NCBI RefSeq assembly: GCF_009834535.1
Contig: NC_045696.1
Location: forward strand, 310,001-374,000
Source of the DNA: Camelus ferus
Taxonomy: Eukaryota
DNA: 64,000 nucleotides
Reading direction: 5' to 3'
Below the pieces are notes generated by a model that made no database searches, had not been told where the DNA came from, and worked only from the letters and a program-made list of their open reading frames with translations. Of this stretch, positions 37,601 to 49,781 are shown piece after piece; position 1 is the stretch's first letter; every line of letters starts with the position of its first letter. Made by a program: the position numbers and the translations under genes.

Positions 37601-39395
37601 TGCATCTCCTCTGGGGTTGGCTCCTGCCAGAGGCACCCTATCCCTGTCCCAGTACCAACTCTGCTGACCCTCCAGCCCCAAGGAAAGAGCAGCTTCTGAC
37701 ACAGCCTGTCTCTGGGTTACCACCTGTGCTGCCAGCCTCGCGTCTCAGCTCCACATCACCACGGCCATCATCTTTGTACCAAATTCCCTTGGTGTGAAAG
37801 CCCAGCGTGGTTTGTTTTCGCGCCTGGGCAGGCGCAGAACCCTGTAGTAGGTCGAGATGTCCTGGCCAGACTTCAGTTGGCTATGATGTGTTTTCTTCAT
37901 TTTCATTATGAAAAATTTGAAAAAATAACTGCATATGAACTATGATTCAATCCAGATTCAACATTTTTAGAAGAGTTTGCATGTCTACCTAATGTTTACT
38001 TAACCCATGTAAGCACGTGTTTTTTTCTAACGGGACAATTCACAGTCCGTTGCTCCGGTCGTGGCTCCTTTTTCCTACAGTTCAGCGCACAGCTCCCAGG
38101 GACAGCTGCACTCCCAGCCATCGTCACACCCAGGAAGATGACCACCACGTCCCCTAACAATTCAGTACACGTTCAGATTCACCCAGTTACTCCCAGAAAT
38201 GTATTTACAGCTGTTTCCCTCCAATTTAGGAACTAAGTTTCACACATGCACTGATTTTGACTCCTTAGATTCTTTCAGCATAGAACACAAGGCTTCTAAC
38301 TTTTGTTTTCTAACACTGTTGATTTGGTGAAATCCAGCCAGTCTCTTAAAGAAGGCCCTGTCTGTCTCTGTCCTCGTGGTTTCGCGTCACCTGCTCCTCC
38401 ATCTGTAAACTGGGAGCATGCCGCAGGAGCCGCCGGCACAGTGGACCTGCCAGGCCCTGTGCTGTTGGAAGTCCCACTCCCCCGAACGTCACCTTAGTTT
38501 AGGACCTGCCACTGAGCCTGACCAGAAGTGATTATTTTGCGGGGGCTGCAGAGTTGGAGATTCTCTAATTGTATTGTCCCCTCTGGCTTGTCAGCTAGTG
38601 CTTTACTGTGAAGAACTTCCCTCATCAGCAAGTGTGACCCGCATTCTCCCATGAAAACCAGGGAATGTCTCTTTCTTTTTAATTATCAACCCCCAGGGTA
38701 ACGAGCTGGCGTCATGGTCACGTCCACTAGTGGCTTTAAATAAGCCCTCCTTCCCTTATTAGCTTGAGACTGGTGCACGTGGAAGTTCGTTTTTGCCACA
38801 CTTGACAACCAACCTCAGTCATCATCCCTCCGGATGTGGAAAGTGAGGGACAGTTCTCGGGTCCCTCTTCCAGAGGCCCATCAAGATTTCGGCTTCAGCA
38901 GCGTCGAGCAGCAGAATGCAGGCCTCGGAGGAAACAGGGAAGGTTGTAGACAGCGACCCCGGCAGTGTGACTGCGAGGCAGAAAATGCAGACTTGCACCA
39001 TGTTGTAGGTTGAGAGAAAATATCTCCCCAAAATACGTAAGTGGTGGTTTAGAAAAAAGGAGCTTAATATTAAAACCAAGCACAGCAGAGTAAATGTCAT
39101 GTTCAAGGGTCCCAGAAACACACCGAGACACTTACTAATACTACATGGCAGGCAGACTTTTGGGCAAAGGGTGCCGAGTAGATACTACCACGTGGCACGA
39201 GTGGGCATGAGCAAAATGCAGAAGGCCACGGCGTGAGAAGTAAATACACGGTGGCAGCAGCTCACAAAAGCAGAATAAACCAGTCACGATTAACCGGTGC
39301 ACAAGTGGCCATTTGTCTTACCAGGTGAAGAGTGCTTTCAGTTCCACTGAAAATTTCTGACTTGCAGGAGTTTAACATAAATTCTAAGTCTATGT

Positions 39396-39839
39396 TTTAT
39401 TTTTTTGCCAGTGATAAAGGAAACTAGATAAAACTAAAAAACAAGGGCTATTCACAAATACAAGAAGGCTTTGATTTTATTATCTCTTTTTGTTTATGTT
39501 TTTGTTCTTAAACCAAGTTTCCACCAGTGCACTTTAAGAAAATAAACATCAGGAAGCCACCCCCTGCTCACCCTCCATGGAGGTGGCCAGGGTGGCTCTG
39601 CCGACACAGAACCGGCCAGCTGCCTGTCACTCATGAGCACGTGGCAACCCCTCCAAGTCAAGAAGCTAAAACGCACTGAAATTACATAGAAAATACTCCA
39701 TTTGGCTTTGTAGCAGCATGAAGATGAGGACACCTAGGGGCTGGCGCCTCGGACATGTGCCACACATGAGCGTTCCTCAGAAAATCAAATCTTCTCCTCA
39801 AATAGAATGATCACAGGTCGGAGCCACAAGGATTTTATT
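39396..39839 (-). terminator. PCNT 3' UTR with candidate poly(A) signals
   Basis: Minus-strand AATAAA at 39834-39839 (overlapping the stop codon), 39476-39481 and 39396-39401. Confidence 0.7.
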
Positions 39840-39882
39840 CACTGTTTCGTCTTCTGGTAGCAGGGTTTCTTTGAAGTAGAAT
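39839..39882 (-). CDS. PCNT: PCNT last coding exon (~47) with stop codon
   Basis: TTTAG acceptor; (D)STSKKPCYQKTKQ then TGA (39841-39839). Confidence 0.93.
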
Positions 39883-40080
39883 CTAAATACAAATAGAAAT
39901 GAGGTAGCAATTTGTCAGAAGTCTTTTAGGAAGAATTTCCCAATTTTAAAATGCTAACACTGAATTAACTTATTTTTGGTAAAAATAAGAATTACAATTA
40001 AAACACACAGTGGTTTAAGGGAAGATTAAGACCCACTGGACAAACTCCATCCCGGCTGAAACACCATCTTCACGTTCGCT

Positions 40081-40102
40081 GAGAGAGAGAGAGAGAGAGA
40101 GA
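40081..40102. repeat. (GA)n microsatellite in the last PCNT intron
   Basis: About 11 GA units seen directly. Confidence 0.9.
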
Positions 40103-40296
40103 CCTGGCTGGTGCCCGAGCAGCTCCAACCCGCCACAGCGCGTCCTGAAGGCACCTCCGACACTCGTCACCCATCTTCCGGTCCCACCTGTGATGGCTGG
40201 TCAGCCAGACTGAAACTAGCTGGCCACTAGCAGTCCTCCTCACACTGCACACTCCTGGACCAGTGAGACTACTTCAGAAAACAGGACTTTTAGTAC

Positions 40297-40424
40297 CTGG
40301 TGGGACGCCTTCTAGTCTTTGCTGGATCATTTCTAAATGATGAATATATTCCGTCAAGGAATGTTCCGGATCTTGAGAAGCAGTCAGGGATCTTTCTGAT
40401 CTGGAATTCAGAAATGAAATGGAT
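40297..40424 (-). CDS. PCNT: PCNT penultimate exon (~46)
   Basis: SISFLNSRSERSLTASQDPEHSLTEYIHHLEMIQQRLEGVPP(D); acceptor TCAAG, donor G|GTACTA; 128 nt. An in-frame alternative acceptor would start the exon at 40400. Confidence 0.9.
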
Positions 40425-42096
40425 CTTGATACAGATGAACCACACCAAGAAACAAACAGAGTTGAGCTCAGCAGATGGTCTGAATGCAGTGAGCGCAGAC
40501 GGCAGTGGCGCTGGGGAAACGGGGAAAAGCAGGTGGCTGGTACCTCCATATTTCTTATTTACCTCAAAAGAAAGGCTTTTTTAAAAAGATGCTACATAGT
40601 GCTTTAAAAACCAACTTCTATACAACGTCTTCGAGTTAAAACAAGTAAAAACTATCATATATTATTTACTTCACTAAATCTTCAAGTAGGAATCTATTAC
40701 CCCCACCGGATTCTGCCCAGTGTCCCTAAGACCCACACCTCTGTGCCCTGTGCGGCGCCCCTCCCTGACCAGCACAAACTGTCCCACTGCCTGGCCCCTC
40801 GCTCCTGGCCTCCAGCTGGGCCCAGGGAGCCCCGTCTGCATCACTGTTCGCTTTCTCTCCAGGGCAGGGAGTGGTTCTTAACCATCCACATGAAAGAGGC
40901 CTGGGCCTCGTCTGTTCTTTCAAAGGAATCGCCAACCTGGGCCCCAGGGAGCCACAACCAGACAGAGAACAGACTCACGCTGCTGCGGCCCCTGCCTTAC
41001 TCTGGGACCAACACCTTCAACGTGCATCTCCCCGAGGAGCACAGACTCTGCTGGGACACTGTCAGCAGAGACGCACGGTGAGCGGGGACCTCGGCCTGCT
41101 CAGAGACGGCTCCTGGCTGCCGGGGCCGCCATGGCTGCGGCTTCTCCCATCATGGAGGGGCCGCCCAAGGCTGGCTCGCTCTTACCACGCAGCTCGTACA
41201 GAGTGCCCACCATCACCAGAGGCCAGCATCTCATCCCTGCTGGTCTGATGGCAGAGGTGGAGGACGCATTTCCCTCCAACAAGCTCCCTTTAGAACCCTG
41301 GGGGAGCACACGCAGAGATCGGAGCCGATGCGCTGGCGGGAGCCTCTGCGTGCGCGTGCAACACCACAGACAAATGGGCGTTTCTGTTCACCTCAAGGGA
41401 AGGTTCCAAATATTGGAAAAGTCAGAGTTGAAAGAATTGAATAAATGACTCATCATCATATTCAAGCATCTGGTAGGGTGATTCGTGTCATTTACGTGGT
41501 TCGACCTGGAGAAAGAGTCACGTCTTCCACGAGCTGCACTGGGATGAGAAGTCTTATCACGATGAAGACAGTGAAGGGTCAGCCCCGCACAACAGGCCAC
41601 ACCAGACCACTGCGCGACCCCAGGGCCTCAGAATGTGACAGTGACACCAACCACAGCCCAGACCATCAAAGCCATCAGGGAAGACTTTCTTCACAGCAAT
41701 TTTTACACAAAATTACATCCTACAATCCAACCAGCAAGTCCCCTTAATTGTATTTTCATTGATAATGGGTTTTCCCCCAAATACGTTATGGATATTTAAC
41801 CTTACCACTGTAACATCTCAATTGCCAAGTGGATCGTAAGTCTAAAGATACATCACATGTGCAATAAAATCCCAACTCCAAAGAAAAGAGATCATGTGAA
41901 GTTCACACTAAGGCCTTGCACGTGTGTATGTGTGTACATGTGGGGGTTCATGTGTGCCTGGGCACCCCCACAAACTGCCCAGGACACACACCTCCATGGA
42001 CGGCCTTGTCTCTGCAGACGGGCTCCCACCGACGGCTACACCCGAGGCCCCGTTCATTCTTGCACTGGAAAAGCAGCCAAAGGCACCACAACTCAC

Positions 42097-42220
42097 CTTT
42101 CCCTTCTGCGTGGGGAGGCTTTTGCCACAGGGTCCCTGGCGTGGCTGGAGGACACGTCCCGGGTCGGTGGGGACTCGCTGGCGTCGGGTGAGGACTGCTG
42201 CCGCTGCGGCACTGGGGGTC
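42097..42220 (-). CDS. PCNT: PCNT exon (~45)
   Basis: (G)PPVPQRQQSSPDASESPPTRDVSSSHARDPVAKASPRRRE(R), with the conserved ESPPTRDV motif; donor AG|GTGAG. Acceptor is AAG (124 nt exon) or an in-frame CAG 9 nt downstream. Confidence 0.85.
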
Positions 42221-43118
42221 CTTCCCCCAGAATTATTTAACAAGAAAGGGGTTGAGAAAAGAGATGCCAGATGCACTTAGTAAGAAGGCCCACCCACCAA
42301 AATTTTAAATTTATGAGCTTTTAAGAGTGTGCATGGCAAGTTCAAAACATGTTAAGGGTCCCTGTTATAAAAGTTATATTTTAAAAACCTCTACAAGAAA
42401 CCTGAGTTTTGATCACCTGCATTTCATTCCTACAAGGCCGGCCCTGACCCCTGGTGTGTGGGCAGTTCCCGGAGGAGCGCCCCGTGCCCTGAGGGAGGAG
42501 CCTTGAGGAGTAGAGGGGCGGAACCTGGGGACCACCGGGTGCCCAGAGGGGAGGCGGGGGCGAGGGGCAGGCAGGCAAACTCCCCTGAAGGCCTATGAAG
42601 CAGTGTGATTTCAAGTGTGATGACTCATACATGGACATCAAAGCTGACTGGCACGGGTGGGGAAGCCCTGAAGGTCGGCAGGGCCCAGGAGTGCGGCCCT
42701 GCACTGAGTGGGAAGTTCTCTGTGCAAGGCTGCCCCTGGGGGGGGGCCTGTGTGATGGGGTGGCAGACAACAGGAGACGAGATGGGGCTGAGGCAGAGGA
42801 GGCAGCGATGCCCCCACAGAGAGGTGCACAGGTGAAGCAGCATTTCACTCAGTTTTGGAGAAAAAGGACTTTTTATTGAAGAACATAAGTTATTAATATA
42901 TTTAGCATTTCTACCTTCAATCCTCATTGCGCTCCTCTGAGCCACTTTTATTCCCCAGCGTGAACTGTACGAACTTGTGCTCGTTCCCAAGATAAAAACC
43001 ATTTCCCTTCAAAAGCCCTGTCTCTGGCTGACTTTCTGATCCCTCACTGTGCGTCACTGATCCCCCGGGCCCTGAGGTCAGACGGGCATTGAGGAGGTGC
43101 TGCGGGTGGAGGACGTAC

Positions 43119-43192
43119 CTGTGCGCGCCCAACCAGGCACCACGGCTCCTCTCCCGTCTACTTGTTGCCATTTCTTAACCAAAAAGCGCAAC
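43119..43192 (-). CDS. PCNT: PCNT exon (~44), end of PACT domain
   Basis: TAG acceptor after a T/C tract, G|GTACGT donor, 74 nt; LRFLVKKWQQVDGRGAVVPGWART(G). Confidence 0.92.
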
Positions 43193-44286
43193 CTACCAAG
43201 AAAAGAAAGACACTGAAAACCAGAGCGAAACAGAAGTGAAAAGAGCCACGCAGATCCGGACGTGACCCGACTCCCAGCGTGGGAGCACAGTCAGGTCACC
43301 AACACACCTGCCGGGCTCAGGACAGCAGGGGAAACAGAGACCCTGGCCCTCCAGTTGTTCACTCCTGATGCCAGAAGGTATGCCATGTGGGGGCCCCTCT
43401 CCTCGACGTTCCCTCCCCGGTGGCTCCCCCTCAGCCCAGCTGCCTCTGAGCCCCACGGCCCCAGGAAGGCCACTGCTCCATGCTGGTGGGAAGATGGGAG
43501 GCAGGTTTGGGATGGATGGAGCGAGAGACAGAAGGACAGGCAGGTGGGTGGTGGCCTGAGGCCAGGAGAACCAGGAGGGAGGGTATACGTGGCTCCCACC
43601 CCCACGGGTGGGTGGGTGGACCAGATAAGGCAATGGGAGTCCTGCTGCCCCTTCCTACAGCCAGGCAAGCATGGCCTGGAGGACCACAGGGTGGACACAG
43701 CTGCACGGTTCTTAGTGGAACAGTTTTAGAAAAACAACCAATTTAAAAATTGTAAAATAAAATAGATTTTCACCACTGTTACTTCTGAAATAGTCAAAAT
43801 CCCCCATCACACCAGGGAGTCCCATCCCCACTCCACAATGGCGCCCTGTGCAAATAAGGGCGGGGACGGGCAGGGCTGCATCGGGGGGCTTGGGGGCGAG
43901 GGTCCCCCACACACTTTGTGTCCGCAGCGGAAGCTGGGCCGTGCCCATGCCAAGCACACACCTGCTGGACCACGTCTTCTTGGCAATGCCCCACCTTGTA
44001 ACACAGGATTGACTAAAATGAGGGAAACTGAAGTGTACCGAAAGGAAACGCAGCTTAAACTTGATCAACGTGCCTGTTGTCACAAGGAACCCCATTAAGG
44101 GTAAGGCTTTGTGTCACAAAAACTCTCTCCATTTCAGAAGGTGCAATTTTGCACAACGTGGCTTCCGGAGACAAGGATCATGGACTTTAAGGCCTCAAGT
44201 GTCACCCATCTCAGAGGAGAACACAACTGTAGCATTTCCCAGACGACAACGACCTAACGCGGAAGACGGGCACGTGCCTCCGATAC

Positions 44287-44519
44287 CTGAGGACTGCGAT
44301 CACCACCCGGACGGCCGTGCGGAACTTCGTGAGCGGGCGGGATGCCACAGCACCCTTCTCCGCTTTGGAAGGAAACACTCCCAAGTGAGCGATCATGGAC
44401 AGCGTCTCTTGCTCAGAGTCCTGGAACCCGCCGATCAGCAGCAGGAGGTACTTCTTCTGATAGATCAGGGCTTTCCTAAAGCTCTCTGCTCGCAGATAGC
44501 GCAGGTACAATTTTTCCAT
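44287..44519 (-). CDS. PCNT: PCNT exon (~43), PACT domain
   Basis: MEKLYLRYLRAESFRKALIYQKKYLLLLIGGFQDSEQETLSMIAHLGVFPSKAEKGAVASRPLTKFRTAVRVVIAVL(R); acceptor TTTTTCCCTTTGAG, donor AG|GTATCG; 233 nt. Confidence 0.95.
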
Positions 44520-45182
44520 CTCAAAGGGAAAAACAGTGAAGCTTAAGCACAGAACAAGACCTTCTGGTGTGTACAGCACCCTCATGCTGGGTGCTTTTTC
44601 CTCGGGGATCACAGGAGTCAGCCCACACGACATCTGCACCCACAGACAGCCCTGCTGTTCAAGGCTCGATCCTGTTTACCAGACAATACACAGAGACCAA
44701 CGTCCCTTCACCCGCGAAGGCCCCGCAAACCTGACCATGAAGTTAGGTCCAAACTGGGGGTGGCGTCGGGGCGTGGGGAGCCGGCAGAAACCTGGATTAT
44801 AGGCCGAGGCGGGTGTCCGTGTCCTAACACAGATATTCCCTCAAGAGAGGCCCACAGCCCGTGCCTCAGTGTCAGAGACGCGGAGGGTGAGCTGCCGGTC
44901 AGACCGTCTCACTATCATCTGGGGACTCGAGGCATCACAGGTTTCTCCCTTAACCCAGGATTTCAGAAGCACCACGGGAGCGTGGGGACTGCCGGGCAGT
45001 GAAAACATGTGCAGGACACTGTGGTGGACACGGGTCCTCGCACACTTGCCCAGACCCACAGAACGTACAGCCCCAACAGCAGCCCGCTGTGAACAGGGCA
45101 TGTAGGTCTGTGGACTGGACACACCGTGGGAGGAGGGGTGGTCAGTCTGCACACCCCCCACCACACTTGGGCTCGGTCTCAC

Positions 45183-45278
45183 CTTGGCTACTTCCGGCGT
45201 GGGCAGAGCTGGGTCTGGGGGTCGTGCTGAGCTGGGCGAGACTGTCCTGTCCTGCCTCCACACAGACCTGTCTGACCT
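45183..45278 (-). CDS. PCNT: PCNT exon (~42)
   Basis: TTGCAG acceptor, AAG|GTGAG donor, 96 nt; RSDRSVWRQDRTVSPSSARPPDPALPTPEVAK (human RSERSAWK..., from recall). Confidence 0.85.
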
Positions 45279-46579
45279 CTGCAATGACCACAGACAGCAT
45301 GTCCACACCGCTGCTCCCGTGACAGCATCTCGAGAGAAGCGGCTCAGAGCGGAGCGGTGCCCCCAGCCTGGAGCCAAACCCCGCCGGCTGCACCTCCCGC
45401 CCTGGCCCCGGCCAGCCTCTCCTCAGTGGTGTCCCAGCTGCTACATGGTTACTAGCCAGACCACCCACACGCAGGGGGCTGCTGCGCACCACTAACTGAA
45501 ATGTGGCTGCACAGAAAGCGTATTTTCACTAAAAACAAGACCCCTAATATTTGTGAAGTCACCCTGAATACAAAGCCTTGAGCCTATTAAACACTCAGAG
45601 CTCCCTGGTCCTAGAAATGCTGACCCCTGGCAGATGCAAACAGCTCTGCTCCAGGGCCATCGAAGACCACACCTGGACCCCTGAGTGAGGGCAGCACACC
45701 TGGACCCCCGTGGGCGGGCCCCACATGGCAGCCACACGTCCAAGGGCCAGGCACCGGGCAGAGAGGGCAGCGTGAGCAGGCATGTGTCCCAACATCAGTG
45801 GCACAGCCTGGACCCCATGCTGTGCAGAGCACCCCTGGGGACACACAACAGAAAGAGAAGGACCCACGGTGAGGGGTCATGGATGCCGCCCACCACAGAC
45901 GGCCAGGACCCGCCTGTCACTGTGGCCATGTGGTCAGTGGCCTCAAGGCAGCCTGGCTGTGCTGGCCACGACTCCAGGGCAGGACTAGGAAGAAGGAGGT
46001 GCAGAGCAAGGTGATCCCCGATGAGGCAGAGGGAAACAGCCACACTCTCCTGGTTCTAACAACAGCGTGGTCTTCTCTGGAAAGAGACACCAGCACAGAT
46101 GTCATCTTGGGCACAAAGAAGGAAACATTCCACCTGCCTTCGGGCTGCACATCACAAGCACGTACCCCGTGCCTCCTCACACTTCACAGGAAGGACAAGG
46201 GTGTTCGGGCGACCACGCGTTAGTTCACACAGGGTGCCCTGAGCAAGGAGCCTCAAAACACTTCCCGGAGCAGCTTCCAGAGGCGCAGACAGGGCTCTCG
46301 TCAAGATGAAAACGTCCCGTCTGGGAGCAGACCCTGGCGCTACCTTGTGGCTGGGCCCAGCGTCACCAGCACAGAAGCCCCTTCACCTCCCACAGAGCCT
46401 CACAACAGACAAGGTGGGACTGGGTGGAGCCGAAAAGACACACAGACCCAGAGTTGCACCAGGACATCAACTCTATCCTCTCGGTCCTGACAGACCAGCA
46501 GGGACAAGGCCCAAACGTCCCCATGGACCAACTGGACTCAGCTGCCCTTTACGGGACCCTCTGCCCAACAGCTCCAGAA

Positions 46580-49350
46580 ACTCCTTCTGAAAGAGAAAAC
46601 ACTGGTGCAGCCAGTCTCGCTGGTGAATTTTAACAATATTTAAGGAAGAAACAAATACCAGCTCTACATAATCTCCTTCAGAAAACAGACAAGGAGGGAA
46701 CAGCCCCAGCTCACTTCAGAAGGCCAAAGCCAGGCAGAGACAACGAGAAGAAGCCCTCCAGGCTAACACCCCTCACAGAGCCAGACACAGAAACCCTCGA
46801 CAGAACGTAAGCAAATCGAACGCAGCAGTACCTAAAAAGAGTAATACATCATGACCCAGTCGGGTTCTTCCTGGGGCCACGAGAAACTCCACGTGACCCA
46901 CCACAGGAAACACCTCATCATCACGTCGACAGATGCAGAAAAAGCCTGACAAATGTCAATGTCCATCATGACAAAAAGTCTCAGCAAACCAGGAACAGAA
47001 GGAGCGTCTTCAAACTGATCCAAGGGCATCCGCCTTGGTGAAGACGGAGGCTCCACCCGGGATGGGAGCTGCATGTCCCCCTCCAGCCTGGGGAGGCCCA
47101 GCCAGTGCAACCAGCATGAAAAAGAAATCAAAGGTATGCAGACTGGAAAGAAGGACATAAACCCCCTTTCAAGAGCATACGACAAGACTGTCTATGGAGA
47201 AAATCCTACAAAAAGGCTCAGGGGACTAAAATATGAGGCTAGCAAGGCTGCAGGACACAAGCTCAGCCTATGAGCAGCAGTCACACCTCCGACACGAGCC
47301 ACAAACAACTGGAAAACAAATACCTGAAAACTGCCATTTACAACGGCCCCCAAAAGTGAAATACTTGTGTAACAATGTAACAAAACATTTACAGGATCTG
47401 CAGGCTAATAGCTACAACACATTTAAGAAAGGAATTTTAAAAGATCCAACTACATGGAGCGACACACCAAGCACATGGATAAGAAGGCGCAAGTAGTTAA
47501 GCTTAGATACAGTTACAGACGTCAATTCCTCCCCCAATTTTTAATAACAGCATTACTGAGATATAATTCACACCATATAATTTATCCTCTTAAAGTGTGA
47601 AACTGAACTCATTTTCAGTCTGTTCACAGGTTGTGCAACCAGCACCATTACCCAATTTCAACACCCAAAGTGCTGCACCCCAGCAGTGACTCCTGACCCC
47701 TCCCGCCAGCCGCTGACCTGGGCCCTGGGTCTGGACTTGATTGTTCTGGACGCTTCCTGTCGATGGGGTCCGGCTCCCTTCACTGTTGTCACGTTTCCAA
47801 GGCTCATCCACCCTGTACATCCATCAGTCCTTAACTGCTTTTTATTGCCAAGTAACATTCATGGATATACTGTATTTTACCATACACTCCTCAGTTAATG
47901 GACATTTGGGTTATCCCCACATTTGAATGAGGACTCACGGTGACAGGAAAGCTTATGAGCAAGGTCTTACGTGGACACACATGTATTTTCACTTGTGAGT
48001 AAACACCAGAGTTGGGGCTGGGGTGAGACAGCAGCCCCACAACTCTGAGGACCTGCCAGACTGTTGTCCATCGTGGCCACACCACTTCTCCTTCCCAGTC
48101 CTCCCCACATCGATCTACAGACTTAATGCAATCCCAGAGTAACCAGCAAGATCCTAAAATTCATGCTGAAGTACAGAGAGACTACAATAGCCAAGCCAAA
48201 CAATTTGAAAAAGAAGAAAAAACCAGAGCACTGCTGGACCCCAACATGTCCATAAATCTATGTCAATCAGGCAGCTGGTGGAGGACAGACGTACGGATCA
48301 GTGCAACAGAACAGAGGATCCAGACACAGACACGTGCACCAACCGGTGACTTCTGACGCAGGTAGAGACAGTTCAGGAGGGGAGGACCATCTGGTCGATG
48401 AAGCATGTAGGAGTAACTGGAGACCAAAGTGCATGAAAACGGGCCTCAACCCACCCCTCAGGCCACTACAAAAACTAACCCAACGCAGATCGTAAAGTAA
48501 AAAGTAAAACTGTAAAACTCCAGGCACAAGCCAAGAACAAGCTGATACGTACGACACCATCAAAATTAAAACCTTCTGTTTTGCAAAGGGTCCTGCACAG
48601 ACAGGACAGCGCAGACCCGGAAAGAAGCATCTGCAGGTCTGAGGAGGGAGTCACGCCCAGGCTATTTAAGGAGCTCCCAAACTCAGCAATGAGAACACAA
48701 ATGATCCAACGTAAGGAAAGGCAGGAGACGTCAATGGGCACTTCACCAAGGAAGACGTAAGAAGCTACTTCACACCTATCGGAATGCTGACGTAACAAGG
48801 GGAAACGCCACCAACACAAAGGTGTGGAGTAGCCAGAACACTCATCAAACCGGTGCCGCCATTCTGGAAATCACCAGTGGTGTCAAAGGCGGAAGTTCAC
48901 ACAAGTTGCCGCCAGACCCAGGGAGCCCACTGCTGGGCCTTTACCCAGAGAAAAGAACCCTCCGTCCACACAGCAGTGCGCCTACACAGATGTTTACAGA
49001 GGGCCCCTCGTAAGCTGGGTGCATCCGTGCCAGGTGGAGCCATGTGACAAAGAACAGGTCTGAGCCGTGGCCCACGGCCCCCCATGGACCTCAATTGCTT
49101 TACAGAGAAGTGAAGAGGCCCCTAGGCCCCAGCCCTGTGGTCCCACTCACAGACGTTCAGGAAAACCGGCAGCAGAGCACGGGGGCGCCGGGAGCCGGAG
49201 GCTGGGGGCCGGGCGGGACCGCCTCGCATGCTCTGCCAGCATGGTGGCTTCACGGTGAGCAAAGCTCAAACACCATCGTGCCAGCAAGAGGCAGGTTTAA
49301 CTGGATGTAAATTTAAAAACAAGTTTTAAAAGATTTCATTAAAAAAAAAA
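46580..49350 (+). mobile_element. Old L1M ORF2/3' fragments, with an opposite-strand L1M 3' end nested at ~47535-48100
   Basis: ctcgctggtgaattttaacaatatttaaggaagaa, gatgcagaaaaagcctgacaaa and caaggctgcaggacacaag on the plus strand; minus-strand L1 tail ttttaataacagcattactgagatataattcacaccatataa at 47538. Confidence 0.7.
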
Positions 49351-49622
49351 AAGAGCAATTCACAAACAAAAAGGCTGAATATAAATAGAAAAACTGAGAC
49401 ATTCCAGAGAAAATGTCTATCAAAATACACAACCAGGAAAATTGTAATTGTTTTCATTAGGTGAAGGTCAAACAAAACTCTCATTTCATCAGCTTATTCA
49501 ATTCCTAGTCAAAGTTTCCTCTCATGAGCAAGTATCGAGCACTGTCTCAGGGAAAGGGTCACTCATGAGAGTCCGAACACAGCATAAAACCCGGCCGCGG
49601 CCAGCGGGCCCGGCACCCGTAC

Positions 49623-49781
49623 CTTGCGCGCACAGCCCCGGGGGGGCCTCTCCAGCTGGGACAGTGCCCGGTGCAGCTCTGCCTTCTCCCGGGTCACCGC
49701 GCTGAGAGCTCTGGTCAGGGACTCATTGTCCTTCAGCAGGACGTCCACCAGCTGGACCTGCAGCTCTGCCGCTGTTTTCTT
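49623..49781 (-). CDS. PCNT: PCNT exon (~41)
   Basis: Tandem AAG/AAG (NAGNAG) acceptor after a T tract, AAG|GTACGG donor, 159 nt; KKTAAELQVQLVDVLLKDNESLTRALSAVTREKAELHRALSQLERPPRGCARK. Confidence 0.88.

Larger units (their letters stand above)
32480..37845 (+). mobile_element. Decayed ERV-L (class III) provirus with LTR remnants and internal gag/pol
   Basis: LTR-like end ...catcctgcaaca (32844) followed by gttggtaccaggag. Protease-like remnant at ~35250-35330. RT motif remnant NITLFHCINNIMLIG at ~35742-35786 (ERV-L ITLVHYIDDIMLIG). LTR-like 3' segment at ~37400-37845. Outer boundaries are approximate. Confidence 0.65.
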
